From assembly GCF_006345805.1 (NCBI RefSeq), contig NC_042997.1, positions 38,688,001-38,752,000 on the forward strand: a DNA stretch of 64,000 nt. Direction: 5' to 3'. A program made the position numbers and the translations under genes. The first letter of the stretch is position 1. Each line of letters begins with the position of its first letter. The notes under the pieces are model-generated. The model was given only the letters and a program-made list of their open reading frames with translations, did no database searches and was not told where the DNA came from. Positions 1 through 13,174 of this stretch are shown here, piece by piece. Origin of the DNA: Octopus sinensis. Taxonomy: Eukaryota.

Positions 1-139
1 GTATGATGGTGGTTAGGATGTTTGGCTTATATCATAATGTTGTAGGTTCATTTCCTGGACCGGTAGCTCTGGTCCATTCAACTGAAAAGGAGTACCTGCC
101 GAGTACTAGTGCAGTTCTCACTCTCTTTCTTTCTCTCTT

Positions 140-187
<48 letters not shown>

Positions 188-189
188 AG

Positions 190-230
190 TCACATTTTGG
201 TGTGATGCTGGGTCAAAGACTGGTTGTCAG
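190..230 (+). CDS. Candidate 41-nt internal exon (SHFGVMLGQRLVV...)
   Basis: (CT)n polypyrimidine tract ending ctccaacAG, then CAG|GTAAGT donor. One open frame ends in phase 2 and joins in frame to 14194-14372. Confidence 0.4.
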
Positions 231-1377
231 GTAAGTGTCTGTGTCTGCTCGCGGCTATACAGGTACATCAAACAAATAGCGAAAGCATGATGCATTCTAC
301 CAAGCTATTCTCGCTCGAATTGGTTCAGAAAATATATCAAGAAAATTCCCGAACGATTCGTATACATCGCTCATGTATGAATAAACATAGGAAACCATAG
401 CATTTCTTAATATTATTCTCTTTAATAATGCTTTCAGCGAAATGCATGTCATATAATCATGGCTATACCACACAGATTGAGTTTTCCTTTCAAGGTCAAA
501 AGTACTTAAGTCTTGAACAAATGTAATGCATATTGAGTATAGATCATCTCTCTCATACAGTCTCCTCTTATGTTGTTCGCACATATTGGGTCTCCATAAA
601 AGAAAAAAAAATACAAGATAATATGTATTTCAAGGTTTCTTCTTCAATCCAAAAGTATGTTCAGTTCTAGGGAATTGTTAACACTCTTTAAAGTACATGC
701 GTCACTCACATATCTGCAGTTGTGCGCTGCTGCTACTCACACAAACTTCCTTCAGCCTACATATAAAACGAGTCATTTTCCACATTGACAAGTACCCACT
801 CAACGACTTGCTAAACGGCCTCAGTATTATTATTTTTTTTCTGAACCACTCCATCAAGGACTGACTTACAGTAATGATTTTGCCTAATCATACTTTACTG
901 GGATTTCAATTCTATGGAATTTACTTCTCGCCCACTCTTTTTCCAGTTGAGCTACAACAAATATCAAAAGCATGGATATTACTCATTTGGGAACGCCAAC
1001 AAAGGTTCTGCGCCCACTCTTAATTTAAAAAATACCATTCATGTAATATACACTGCGACAACTAGTCCAGAACTTGTCTATCTTCTGTGCCTTTTTAATC
1101 GTTACTACAATGATATATGTTCCTCTTAACATACTGATTGTCCACCACCTCCATTTAAATAATGCATTTCACCTACATAGTAATTTTGTCTCATAATACC
1201 CCTCCAGAACTGCGTCCATTTCGCTTTAATCCATTTTCTGGCTTTCCTCTCACCTCCGACTGCTAACCCGTATCAGTTTCAACTGAACATTAACTTTTCT
1301 TTTCCAGTTACCCTTCCTTGTGCATCAGCTAGAAGCTCTACTAAAGTTTTTAGTACCGCCTGTTTCGTGAATCAATA

Positions 1378-1608
1378 AGGCGGCGAGCTGGCAGAAACGT
1401 TAGCACGCCGGGCGAAATGCGTAGCCGTATTTCGTCTGCCATTACGTTCTGAGTTCAAATTCCGCCGAGGTCGACTTTGCCTTTCATCCTTTCGGGGTCG
1501 ATTAAATAAGTACCAGTTACGCACTGGGGGCGATATAATCGACTTAATCCGTTTGTCTGTCCTTGTTTGTCCTCTCTGCGTTTAGCCCCTTGTGGGTAGT
1601 AAAGAAAT
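1378..1608 (+). mobile_element. tRNA-derived SINE family A (Nin/Deu-like central domain), full length
   Basis: aggcggcgagctggcagaa head, gagttcaaattcc B-box, gcctttcatcctttcggggtcgat...aagtaccag core, ttagccccttgtgggtagtaaagaaa tail. Many copies in the window. Confidence 0.9.
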
Positions 1609-2153
1609 AAATATTTGTAGGAAACTAGGGTACCTTTCAGTAAACCTACCTCAGTGTGCTACTTATATTCGTTTTATCAAGTCTAGTTGAGAAAATTCAG
1701 AGTGAACTCAGGCGGCATTTGAATTCAGAACACAAAAATATAATCATGCATTTATCTAACTGATTTTGTGCAGCTCTCTTCGAGAAAAAGTCCCTTTCTG
1801 ATTTTATATAAATACCAAGCGTTTTAGTTCAAAGCAACGTGTATGTTGCGAAATTAATTTTACCAAAGTCCTATCTTCTTAACGTTATAGAAATCATTAT
1901 TAGTTCTTTAGAAATGGAAACATATTTGTCGATTTTGGTTTAGTGAAAACTAAGTTTAATTTATTTAATATTTAATTAAATAATTTAATAAACAAATACT
2001 GTTTGCAACTTGAGAAAACAGAAAACCAGAAGTGGTACTTATGGACAGTAGCTGGCAGAATTTTAAGCAGCCAAACAAGAATGAGTTATGATCCTACAAC
2101 CTTTTACATGCAGAGTTCAATTTCCACTAGGGTTTAGCTTCGTCAATTAGTAG

Positions 2154-2356
2154 TACGAGGGGTGTATGAAAAGTTTTGAGCCTCAAAAAAAACCTTGTAC
2201 AAGACTTCTGATGAAGGTACAAGACTTCTGATGAAGGTACAAGACTTCTGATGAAGGTACAAGACTTCTGATGAAGGTACAAGACTTCTGATGAAGGTAC
2301 AAGACTTCAAAGCTCAAAGGCCTTGAAGGCTCAAATCATTTCATACACCCCTCGTA
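2154..2356. mobile_element. Mariner-type MITE with internal 20-bp minisatellite
   Basis: TIRs TAcgaggggtgtatgaaaagttttgagcct / aggctcaaatcatttcatacacccctcgTA. Interior has about 5.5 copies of gtacaagacttctgatgaag (2197-2308). Confidence 0.85.
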
Positions 2357-3160
2357 CTACTACGTGAAAACAAAATAGATTCGAGTTTTTAAGTAACCCT
2401 ATGCATGAAGACAAAATCATCCACCATATAATGTATACAAAGTACTGAAGGATAAGCTGGATATTAGGCTGAATTAGCTTTATTCATATCGTAAATGTTT
2501 GTTGTCCTTGCTATAGATGATTATATCGAAACGGTGATGGGTAGCAAAATCAGTAGTGAGATCGCTTTACTGTGTTTGATTACTCCCCTTTACGTCCTAA
2601 ATTCAAATACAACAGAGGTAAACTCGCTCTTTTATCACCCCACAAACCAATTAAGCGTTGGAAAGTTGTTTATTCCGTTATTGCTTTACTCGTTTCAGTT
2701 ACCGGTGTGTGGACATCAGCTTGAATGGTTTAATCGAATAAATCTACCCCAATAACTATATTTTGTACATATGGTACTTATTCTATCTCTTTTACTGAGC
2801 CAGTAAATTACAAATATGTTAACAAGCCACCACCAGTTGTCAAGCGATGTGGGGGACAAACACAGACGCGCGCACACGCATACACATACACACTCACACG
2901 CAGCTATACACTATCGGACAGCTTTTAAGCTAGCTCCTGTGGAGGGCTCTTCTTTGGGCCTTGAGCCCAATAAGGATACTTCATGCATTGAGTACATATT
3001 AAATTTTATTAAACTCGACCAATATTTTTCAAGCAATGAACAATTTTCATCAAAGCAATATTATAATTCATCATGCAAAGCTGCATGATAAACAACATTT
3101 TTGTCTTCCCATTCGGGGGTCAGTACAATCTTTTTTCTTTCTAGCCTCTTTCTTTCTTTT

Positions 3161-3218
<58 letters not shown>

Positions 3219-3616
3219 TCTCCTTCTCTTGAGTGTTTTCAACCATCCCCATCACCAGTATCACTACCATACACACACTTTTCAGACTTATGACGCCAAC
3301 ACCATCAATACCTTTGACTTCTCCGCCTTCCCCTCCACCACTGTCTTTCCCATCGCTTACTATCACCGTCATCCCTGACCGCCTCGGCTACCACCACCAT
3401 GATTGGCGTCGCCTCCGTCTCTATCACAACTACAGCTCATACTCTTACTATCACCCCATTACCATCACAACCGTCGATCTGCTACAACCCTCACTGTCTC
3501 TATGACAACTGTTACTCTCACCCCAGCATGAGGAATAGTAGACGTGTCATTGAATAGTGAGAGAGGCGGTCACAGTGTGACAGACAGACACACAGAAATT
3601 CGTTATTATAGATATA

Positions 3617-4167
3617 CGAAGTGCGATCAAAAACTCCGATTTTATTTTTCCCGCCAAAACTAATGCCACATGGGCAAAATCCTTTTGGTGGAAGGCGATG
3701 CCATCATTCCTCCGTATGCGTGAAAGTTTGCGCATCGGTAGGCTGCGTCAGTGCCCGGTTGTTACGCCTAGACTACTGACGTGTTGTGCACACTCATCGG
3801 ATTTTGGTTTTCACGCAAGATAATGAGCAAAGGCCATGAATCCCTGCCTCAATACCATGGTGAGGGTCTTCATAAAGACTGGGTTGTGGTTTGCACAGTC
3901 CAGCATGTTTTTCAAAATCCAGCATGTCTTGAGCGATTTCCATATGGTGTTGCTTCTACTGCTTCGCCAGCACCTTGGGAACGAATTTCGCTGACACTAT
4001 CTAAATGAAAATCCGAAGAGCGCCCACTGTACGTCTGCACTATAGATATAACAGCCGACAACTGACGCGTTCTAGTGGCGCGAAAATTTTCATGCATGTT
4101 CAGAAAGGGTGGCGTCACCTTCCATCCAAAGGGAAAAATAAATCTGATACTTTTTTAACGCGATTCG
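3617..4167 (-). mobile_element. Internally deleted mariner element with transposase remnant
   Basis: Imperfect TIRs (cgaagtgcgatcaaaaactccgatttatttttccc / gggaaaaataaatctgatacttttttaacgcgattcg). Minus strand reads HMEIAQDMLD and MLDCANHNPVFMKTLT, like the mariner region preceding ITGDESW. Confidence 0.75.
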
Positions 4168-4579
4168 AATATATATATAACGGACTACTACACAGTTTCC
4201 ATAACCATATTGTTGCGAAACACATTTCTCAACCACAGAGCTATGCCTGCACAATTGGTTTCTACCAACTTTTGACTGCATCATTTACATGATGCCCTAG
4301 ACCGATCTTAGAAATCACTGTATTGAAATATTTACACAGACAGAAGCGTTAGTATGTCTTCTGCTTCCCCTTAACGTTTTTTCTTCTCGCTATATAAAAG
4401 TTGTAAATCAAAAATAATTATAGGATTTTCACAAAAAATTGTTTGCGCGCACATGCATAAGCACATGCACTCATACGTACACACGTGCACGCACACACGC
4501 ATCACATACAACATGCACATACACACTCGAACACATTACACAAATAAGTTCGTATATATATATTAGACAGATAAATAGA

Positions 4580-4612
4580 TAGACATATATATATATATAT
4601 ATATATATATGC

Positions 4613-4700
<88 letters not shown>

Positions 4701-5316
4701 GATAATATATATATATTACATATATATATATATATATAATATATATATATACATATATTATACCTACATATATATATGAATATTTGTATACATATATATA
4801 CCATACATATATATATGTATATTTGTATACATACATATATATATATGTAATTTGTATACATACATATATAATATAATATGCATTTATATATATATACACA
4901 CACATATACATATGTATATTTATATATATATATATACATACACACATACATGTATATATACACACACGCATATACGTACTTTATATAAATGTAGATGTGT
5001 GATTTTGTGCGTGCATGAGTGTGTGTGTGTGCGTGCGTGCGCGAGTGTGTGTGTTTGCATGTGGCCATGTGTGTGTGTGTGTTTGTATGTAATTGAATGT
5101 TTCTGCTAGGCATAGCTAGAAGCCGGCTAAGCCACAATAAAAAATAATAATGATGGATGCTCAACGCATGAGATATAGATTGGGATATATATTTAATGGA
5201 AAATGTTCTCACAAAACATTTTGTTCTACCTTTCATCAAAATTTTGATGAGCTTTTGTTTTTAAAGGAAAACTAGCATTTTTCCACTGGATCTCCATCTC
5301 TCTCATCTCACTGTCC

Positions 5317-5359
<43 letters not shown>

Positions 5360-5437
5360 GATATATATATATATATATATATAATATATATATTATATAC
5401 ACATACATTATATATATATATATATATATATACATAC

Positions 5438-5478
<41 letters not shown>

Positions 5479-5675
5479 TGTATTTATATATATATATACA
5501 TACTACATACATATATATATATACATACATAAATATATATATATATACATATACATATATATACATATATATCCATACATATATGCATACATATATACAT
5601 ATATATGTATATATATACATACATGTATATACATACGTATGTATGTGTATACATATATATACATATGTATACATA

Positions 5676-5706
<31 letters not shown>

Positions 5707-5731
5707 GTGTGTGTCTGTGTGTTTGTGTCTG

Positions 5732-5770
<39 letters not shown>

Positions 5771-5794
5771 TACTTGTATGTGTGTGTGTTTGTG

Positions 5795-5852
<58 letters not shown>

Positions 5853-5900
5853 AATACTTGTATCTGTGTGTATGAGCATGTATATGTATATAAATAAATA
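4580..5900. repeat. Compound (TA)n/(TACA)n/(TG)n microsatellite fields
   Basis: Directly visible; source of the poly-YI and poly-VC ORFs. Confidence 0.95.
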
Positions 5901-6704
5901 ACAATTGAAAGACAACTAATAAAAATGTACGTGTCTGTATAGCTCAGTTGGGTCACATTGACTGCATACTTCATCTGAATAGCTTTCTGACACTTCTTCG
6001 GTACTAAGGTTATATATATATATATATAGATAAACGTTAAAAATAACACAAACTGGGACAAGAACGTGAAACATTTTGAAGACGGCAAAAAAACACACAG
6101 ACGGGACTTTCGAAGCTCTCAGTCATCAGTCAAGAACCAGATCATCTTCGCAATTTCGGCTGATTAATCTTGATATATATATATATATATATAAGATGGA
6201 GGTGGACACGGCACAGAAGTAAATCTAAGACATTTTAATTTAAAAAGGACTTAATAAAATGTGTTGAATACCTTTTCAGTATGTTTGGCATGTGACCAGC
6301 TGTGTGTTAAATGGTGTGTATGTTGTGATAAATGTCTCGTTAAGAGTTTTATTAAGGAATTTAGGTTTTCCTTTCTTTTTCTGTGTGTGTGGGTTTGAAC
6401 TGCGATGTTTTCCTTTTTTTTTTTTCACACCCACAAAGTCTAAAAAGAAGGACAACCTTAATTCCTTAATAGAACTCTTAACAAGACATTTATCACAACA
6501 TATACACACACACAAGCACACACACACACGCACACATACACATACACAGCTGGTGATAAGACCCATTCAATAAATGTTTGGCAGGAACCCACAGAGATTT
6601 TTAGACAATGGACAATACTACACCTCTCTTACTCCCTAACACTTTAACTCTATACCAAACTACTTTATATTATATATATATATATCTATATATAATATAT
6701 ATAT

Positions 6705-6892
6705 TAGTTATCGCCATACTAATATGGCATTCTTATAAAAATAAGAAAAAAGCTGTCCGCTATTAGCTCCATGAGGCCATCGCCTTAAGTTAGCTATTTG
6801 ATACACAACTGTATCCATATAACATGGAGCTAATAAGCGGACAGCTTTTTTCTTATTTTTATAAGAATGCCATATTAGTATGGCGATAACTA
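6705..6892. mobile_element. MITE/fold-back with ~70-bp near-perfect TIRs next to (TA)n
   Basis: tagttatcgccatactaatatggc...ttagctccatg is inverted as catggagctaa...gccatattagtatggcgataacta. Confidence 0.85.
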
Positions 6893-6990
6893 TTATTTTC
6901 CGGGAACGCTGCCGCTGTTCTCTTTTAGAGAGACTTAGTAATTTTAATATTTCTATTATATATATATATAAACTCACACATATGTACACA

Positions 6991-7032
<42 letters not shown>

Positions 7033-7091
7033 ATATAGAAATATTGCATTTCTAAATCACTCAGAGAGATTTATACAGTAGTAGCACGATA

Positions 7092-7309
7092 AGCTGATGT
7101 TAGGTTACCTACTTAATGTGGCAGTCCCATGAAAGGGAACAATGCTACTGCTATTTAGCCCTTGGAAACACCGTTTCCAGTTGGCCTTAACACATTTTCT
7201 GTGTCCTTATGTTTTCAAGGGGGAGATAAGCACCTCCACCCAGCAAAGCCAACATCCAGAGACTAGTTTCATGTGACTGCCACATTAAGTTGGCAACATA
7301 ACATCACCT
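7092..7309. mobile_element. MITE with ~43-bp imperfect TIRs, TA flanks
   Basis: agctgatgttaggttacctacttaatgtggcagtcccatgaaa vs tttcatgtgactgccacattaagttggcaacataacatcacct. Confidence 0.75.
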
Positions 7310-7637
7310 TATATATAATATATATATATATATATTTCACAGCTTGGCCAGAATTTGAGAGATTCAGGGTTCGATGCCTAGTGGCGGTTTGCTGGCCGCT
7401 TTTTCGCTTTCTAAAGAGCAGTTACCCGATTTTCTAAGCTGTCTTCAAAGCCTGCTTGCATTCGAGAATTCCTTTATTTTTTACTTATAAATGAATTTGT
7501 ATGCACGCGCGCGTTTGGACGTGTGCGTGTGTGTATGTACTGCGTATACATGTATATACACATACAGATATACTTGTAAATAAACATGTGTGTGTGTGTA
7601 AAGTGAGAGAACCAGACAGACAGACAGACAGACTGAC

Positions 7638-7639
7638 TG

Positions 7640-7700
<61 letters not shown>

Positions 7701-7728
7701 TATGGATAGATAGATAGATAGATATATG

Positions 7729-7800
<72 letters not shown>
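7638..7800. repeat. (GATA)n microsatellite
   Basis: Directly visible. Confidence 0.95.
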
Positions 7801-7801
<1 letters not shown>

Positions 7802-9335
7802 TGTAAAAACAGATGTATAGTTAATCTGGTACGGATCTACTTGGTTTGGCTGCTCGCATTTCGAAAATTTTAAAATTTGGCACAATAATATACTTTTCCA
7901 AGCTGAATAGTTGGAGTTATTTCACTCTTTTCAGAAAAATGTTTTTAAAAATTTATAGAGTTTTAATGTTTGATTATTTTCACCCAGTCAGGAAAAGGAT
8001 TTGGTTCTGTCATTTTGTGCGTGACTGCACATTTTGTCATCACCATCCTGAAAATAGCAAGTACTGTCAATATTTTGCAGTTTCAAACATTCAATATGCA
8101 TTTAATGGGATAGCTCGAATTTAAAAGACTTGTCAAAAAAAATGTTATTTAGCTGTTATTTTTAGCACACCTCACAACCACCTCAATGACAAAAAGAAAC
8201 GAGTTAACAAGTAGTTTAATGCAACTGTGATGAACAACACGTTACATGCGATAAACACATTACAATTTTTCCCCCACAAATGATTCCAATACAGTTTTAA
8301 CAGAAAGATTTGGAAGAATTAGATGAAGGTTCTCCGGTAATTTTCTTTCATGTAAATAAATGTTTATGTTAATTTAAAAGATTTATACAAAAAACCGTTA
8401 TTTAGCTGCTATTTTTAGCACACCTCACAGGCAAAAAGAAAGGAGTAAGCAAGTAGTTTTAAGCATTCGGTATGCATTTAATGCGAATGCCATGAGCAAC
8501 ACATTGCAAGTTAAATATGTTTGTTAAAGAACAAACATTTTGTTGACCAATTCATAAGTTCACCTGCTCAATTGACAACACATAGAGAAAACAAGTGGTT
8601 TCGATATATTTTTCAACACGTGCTATCTCGCAGACAAAAGAACTCTCATGTTCCGGTTGTTACTATGGAAATAGGCATGAATGTATCTATGGCTTACGAT
8701 TGGCTAAAATTACCAAAATTTTCTCACTTTAATTGCTAATAACTCTTTATTTATTGATTTATATATAGCAGAAATGGTTTTCATGTCATTCATTAGCCAA
8801 TAAAAGTGTATCAGTACACTGAATATGAAATCAATTAGAGCAGAATTGATGCTGGCAGCCAAACCAACTAGATCCTCTGGTACTACTACAATTGTTTTAA
8901 GACCCTTTATTGCGACTCAAACATGGTACAGTCCGGTATGAAATATGTACAGCATCTATAACAATATTTAATATATATTACGTATTGTTATCGATGTTGT
9001 GCATACTAGACACCTGACCTTACCATGTTTATGACACAATCAAGACCGTTAATGAAACAATTGTAACAGTATCTGATAAGTTATTTGTCTGCGTTTATTG
9101 TTTTTATGGCACACTTAAGGTTCCATTCAACATTGGACACTATTGGAGTTGCGGATTTGTCACTAAACAATGAGCTTCTCTTCATCGATGCAATCAGTGC
9201 TATGATAATTGATTACTTAACTGATTTGCGTCATTCTGTCTAGCCAGCAATTTTGGCATGTTTCACTTTCATATGCCTAGATCCATAATGGGGCTCCTTT
9301 AATGAAATACACACACACACATATATACAGATATA

Positions 9336-9374
<39 letters not shown>

Positions 9375-9377
<3 letters not shown>

Positions 9378-10135
9378 GCAAAATGGGGCAACAAAACATC
9401 CAGATAGGCGATACAAAGAAAACACGGACGGGTCATTCGAATTTTTCTTTCCTCAGTCGAGTACCAGATTATCTTCGCAACTTCGGCTGATTATACTCGA
9501 GACTGCTCCAATCAAGCCGGCCCCGAGGAAAAACTAAGCTAATAGCATTAGATTCCTTGGAAGAAAGCACCGAATGTATACAAAAACAAGGACGGTAAAA
9601 AACGGACGTTAGACAACTACAATAAAAATAATAACAGGACATAACAACAGGTGTATTTCGACTAAGAACGAATTAAATTAAGCTGGCGTGTGTGGAAATG
9701 AAGCCTTATGGCAGGGATACAAGAATTCAAAGGTACAGGGAGGAATACCGGTGTTGCACGGTCAACGGCCAGACCAGGAAAGAAAGATCAGGCTTGGCCG
9801 AACGCCGGTCACGCAGGAAGAGAAGAGAGAGAGGCAGAAGGACAGAAGAATTAGGAAGGGGCGAGAAAAATGACAGGGACACAGTGAAGTGAAATGTGGA
9901 GGGAAAGTGAGCAAGAAGAGAAGGCAATGGAATGTGAAAGCAGGGGAACGAAAGAACGAAGAGTAGAATGAACAAATGAGCGTCAAAGGGCTGATAGACA
10001 GAAATAGAATCGTACAAGATATAGAAAAATGTATACTTGCATATAAGAGACCAAAGTGTACGTATGCCGCTATATATATATATATATTATACAAAATGGG
10101 ACAAGAACGCAAAACATCCGGACAGTTAGGTGATA
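9375..10135. mobile_element. (TA)n-flanked dispersed repeat, Penelope-like (tentative)
   Basis: Motif aaaatgggacaagaacgcaaaacatcc recurs at ~9380, ~10095 and ~6055, each adjacent to (TA)n. No coding signature recognised. Confidence 0.4.
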
Positions 10136-10611
10136 CACACACACACAATTAAGTTTCAGTTGAAGTAGGTACGTTAGGTACTTAAATTGGGGCACCTTGT
10201 TAGGTCTGAGTAACAGGTATACTCAAGAATATCAAGTGAATATCAGGCTTGGTACATAAGTGCCGGCCACATGGTATTCTTGCAGTGTATGCAAATAATA
10301 GGACCCGGCTGAGTGAAGAAATTCGCTCTTAGTTATTCAGACATGTACTTTATATTAAAAATACTATGATGTTCTGCTCAATACCACAGCGTTGCTTGTC
10401 AGTTGTTTAACCTTAACCAGTTGAGCATGTTCCTTGGTGGCTGACGATATGTGCATCTCTGATCACGAGCAGAAGTAGTGGGGGAGCATCATATCCGTGT
10501 GTTGAAAGGAATTCTTAGAGGTTTGAATGATTCACCTTTGGAAACATCATGATGATGATGATGATGATGGAAAACCCACAAAGATTCAGGTTTTGTGCCT
10601 TTTAGTACAAA

Positions 10612-10651
10612 GGATTATTATTATTATTACTATTAATTCTTCTTCTTCTTC

Positions 10652-10746
<95 letters not shown>

Positions 10747-10756
10747 GTCATCATCA

Positions 10757-10819
<63 letters not shown>

Positions 10820-10830
10820 TTATTATTATT
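10612..10830. repeat. (ATT)n/(CAT)n trinucleotide microsatellite
   Basis: Directly visible. Confidence 0.95.
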
Positions 10831-11027
10831 AATGCGCCAAACTAGCAGAAACATAAACATGCCGGGTGAAATGCTTAGCGGTATTTCGTCCGTCTTCATG
10901 TTCTGAGTACAAATGACACTGGGGTCGATTTTGCCTTTTATCCTTTCGGAGTTGATAAATTAAGTACCGATTCGACTTTTACCCTCCCCCAAATTTCATG
11001 CCTTGTGCCTGCCTATAGTAGAAAAAA

Positions 11028-11533
11028 TTGCTCGTAGCTTTTAAATGCTTAATTTGCTCGCGAATGTTTCAATGCTTTTCACTGTTTACTTTGCTCGTGT
11101 ATATTTTAATGTCTTGACTGTTATTTCTAGCAACTCCTGTTGGTTTGCTCGTAGCTTTTAAATACTTAATTTGCTCGCGAATGTTTCAATGTTTTTCACT
11201 GTTTACTTTACTCGTGTATATTTTAATGTCTTGACTGTTATTTCTAGCAACTCCTGTTGGTTTGCTCGTAGCTTTTAAATACTTAATTTGCTCGCGAATG
11301 TTTCAATGCTTTTCACTGTTTACATTACTCGTGTATATTTTTATGTCTTGACTGTTATTTCTAGCAACTCCTGTTGGTTTGCTCGTAGCTTTTAAATACT
11401 TAATTTGCTCGCGAATGTTTCAATGCTTTTCACTGTTTACTTTACTCGTGTATATTTTAATATTTTGACTGGTATTTCTAGCAACTCCTGTTGGTTTGTT
11501 CGTAGCTTTTAAATATTCAATTTGCTTGCGAAT
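11028..11533. repeat. 117-bp tandem repeat, ~4.3 copies
   Basis: ttgctcgtagcttttaaat unit starts at 11028, 11145, 11262, 11379 and 11496. Confidence 0.95.
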
Positions 11534-11859
11534 CTTTTGTTTTCATTAGTCTAATGTTTTGACATGCCGGTGCCCTCGCCTCCTTTCTCGAGAATCTGAC
11601 AGATAATGGAAGAGGCAGCGAACGCAGTTTTCTGATTGGCTGACAATTCTGAAAATTGTCAAAACATCAAACACCTGCACCATTTTCGTAAAATTTTTCT
11701 GGAATAAATGAATAACAAATTCAGATTCAGCGTCAAAAATTACATCTATAAGATACATTAAAAAAACGATAATTGTAAACAGTGACAAAAGCCACAAGAT
11801 CCCAAAGTCTGAAATTTGTGGGGAGGAGAGTAATTGATTAAAACGACCCTAATGTTTCA

Positions 11860-12000
11860 CTGGTATTTAATTTATCGACCTCGAAACGGTGAAAGGCAAA
11901 GTCGAACTCGGCGGAATTTGAACTCAGAACGCAGCAACGGACGAAATATCGCTAAGCTTTTCGTCCAGCGTGCTTACGATTCTGCCAGCTCGCCGCCTTA
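11860..12000 (-). mobile_element. SINE family A (partial)
   Basis: Reverse complement of family A head and core. Confidence 0.85.
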
Positions 12001-12131
12001 TATTAATTAATAATATAATATAATAATATAATAAAATAATAATAATAATAATAATAATAATGCACGTAACAGGTGTTAGCTATCAATTCCTTAGCAGTCC
12101 ATTTGTTACTTATAGCTACAATGTGTTGAAC

Positions 12132-12231
12132 NNNNNNNNNNNNNNNNNNNNNNNNNNNNNNNNNNNNNNNNNNNNNNNNNNNNNNNNNNNNNNNNNNNNN
12201 NNNNNNNNNNNNNNNNNNNNNNNNNNNNNNN
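12132..12231. other. Assembly gap (100 N)
   Basis: Run of N. Confidence 1.
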
Positions 12232-12364
12232 AGATAGAACAAATTACAAGGTAGAGCTTTTCTTTTGGGGTAAAAAAAAGGGAGTGGTGGTTTTCGATCA
12301 AAAGGGATCGTAAAAGGAAAGAAAGAGGACAAAAAAAGGGAAGGGTTTAAAAAAAAAAAGGTGT

Positions 12365-12413
<49 letters not shown>

Positions 12414-12740
12414 GTTTCTTTATTGGCCAAACAGGGCGGTGCACACAGATGGGACAAGTTACAAGGTAGAGCTTTCTTTGGGGGATGAGGAGAAACCAAA
12501 AAACAAAGAAACAAAAAAGAAAAAGAAAGGGGTGGTGGCGTAGGTTTTCGATCAAGAGGGATCGTAAAGCGAAAAGAAAAGAACAAAAAAAAAGTGAATA
12601 AAATAAAAGGAATAAAAAGAAAAAAAAGAAAAAAGGAAAAGGAACAAAGGAAAGAGAAAAGAGAAATGAAAAAGAAGAAAAAAGGGGAAAAAAGGGAAGA
12701 GGAAAAAAAAACGATCAATAGGGATCGTGTATCACAGTGT

Positions 12741-12777
<37 letters not shown>

Positions 12778-12778
12778 G

Positions 12779-12849
<71 letters not shown>

Positions 12850-13110
12850 GGATAGATAAGTTTCTTTATTGGCCACACAGGGCTGCACACAGATGGGACA
12901 AGTTACAAGGTAGAGCTTTTCTTTTGGGGGATGAAAAAACAACAAAAAAAAAGAGACTAAAAAAGGTGGCGTAGGTTTTCGATCAAAAGGGATCGTAAAA
13001 GAGAAAAAAAGAACAAAAAATTTAAAAATTTAAAAAAGAAAAGGAAAAGGAACAAAAGAAAAGAGAAATGAAAAAAAGAAGAAAAAAGGGGGAAAAAAGA
13101 AGAGGAAAAA
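12232..13110 (-). mobile_element. Three tandem LINE-like 3' ends with AATAAA and (TATC)n tails
   Basis: Minus strand repeats gctctaccttgtaacttgtcccatctgtgtgcagccctgtgtggccAATAAAgaaac + (TATC)n at ~12232 (partial), ~12412 and ~12858. Confidence 0.6.
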
Positions 13111-13143
13111 AAAGATAGATAGATAGATACATACATACATACA

Positions 13144-13174
<31 letters not shown>

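Noticed and set aside
870-1350. Possible ancient RTE-type RT C-terminus on the minus strand (AKWTQFWRVL*DK)
   Set aside because: Too degraded to support without an alignment.
2197-2308. 20-bp repeat containing CTGATGA (CRISPR-like or hammerhead-like look)
   Set aside because: Contiguous tandem units with no spacers, and no stem II/GAAA to complete a hammerhead.
3235-3612. Helitron-like 3' end (gacagacagacacacagaaattcgttattatagata)
   Set aside because: Resemblance only; no 5' end or hairpin could be confirmed.
4471-6088. Long ORFs of 139-226 aa (poly-YI, poly-VC)
   Set aside because: Translations of (TA)n and (TG)n microsatellites; the same applies to most ORF-track entries.
6085-6140. Minus-strand CTGATGA...CGAAA motif (similar at ~9430-9460 and ~5930-6000)
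   Set aside because: No convincing stem I, II or III pairing.
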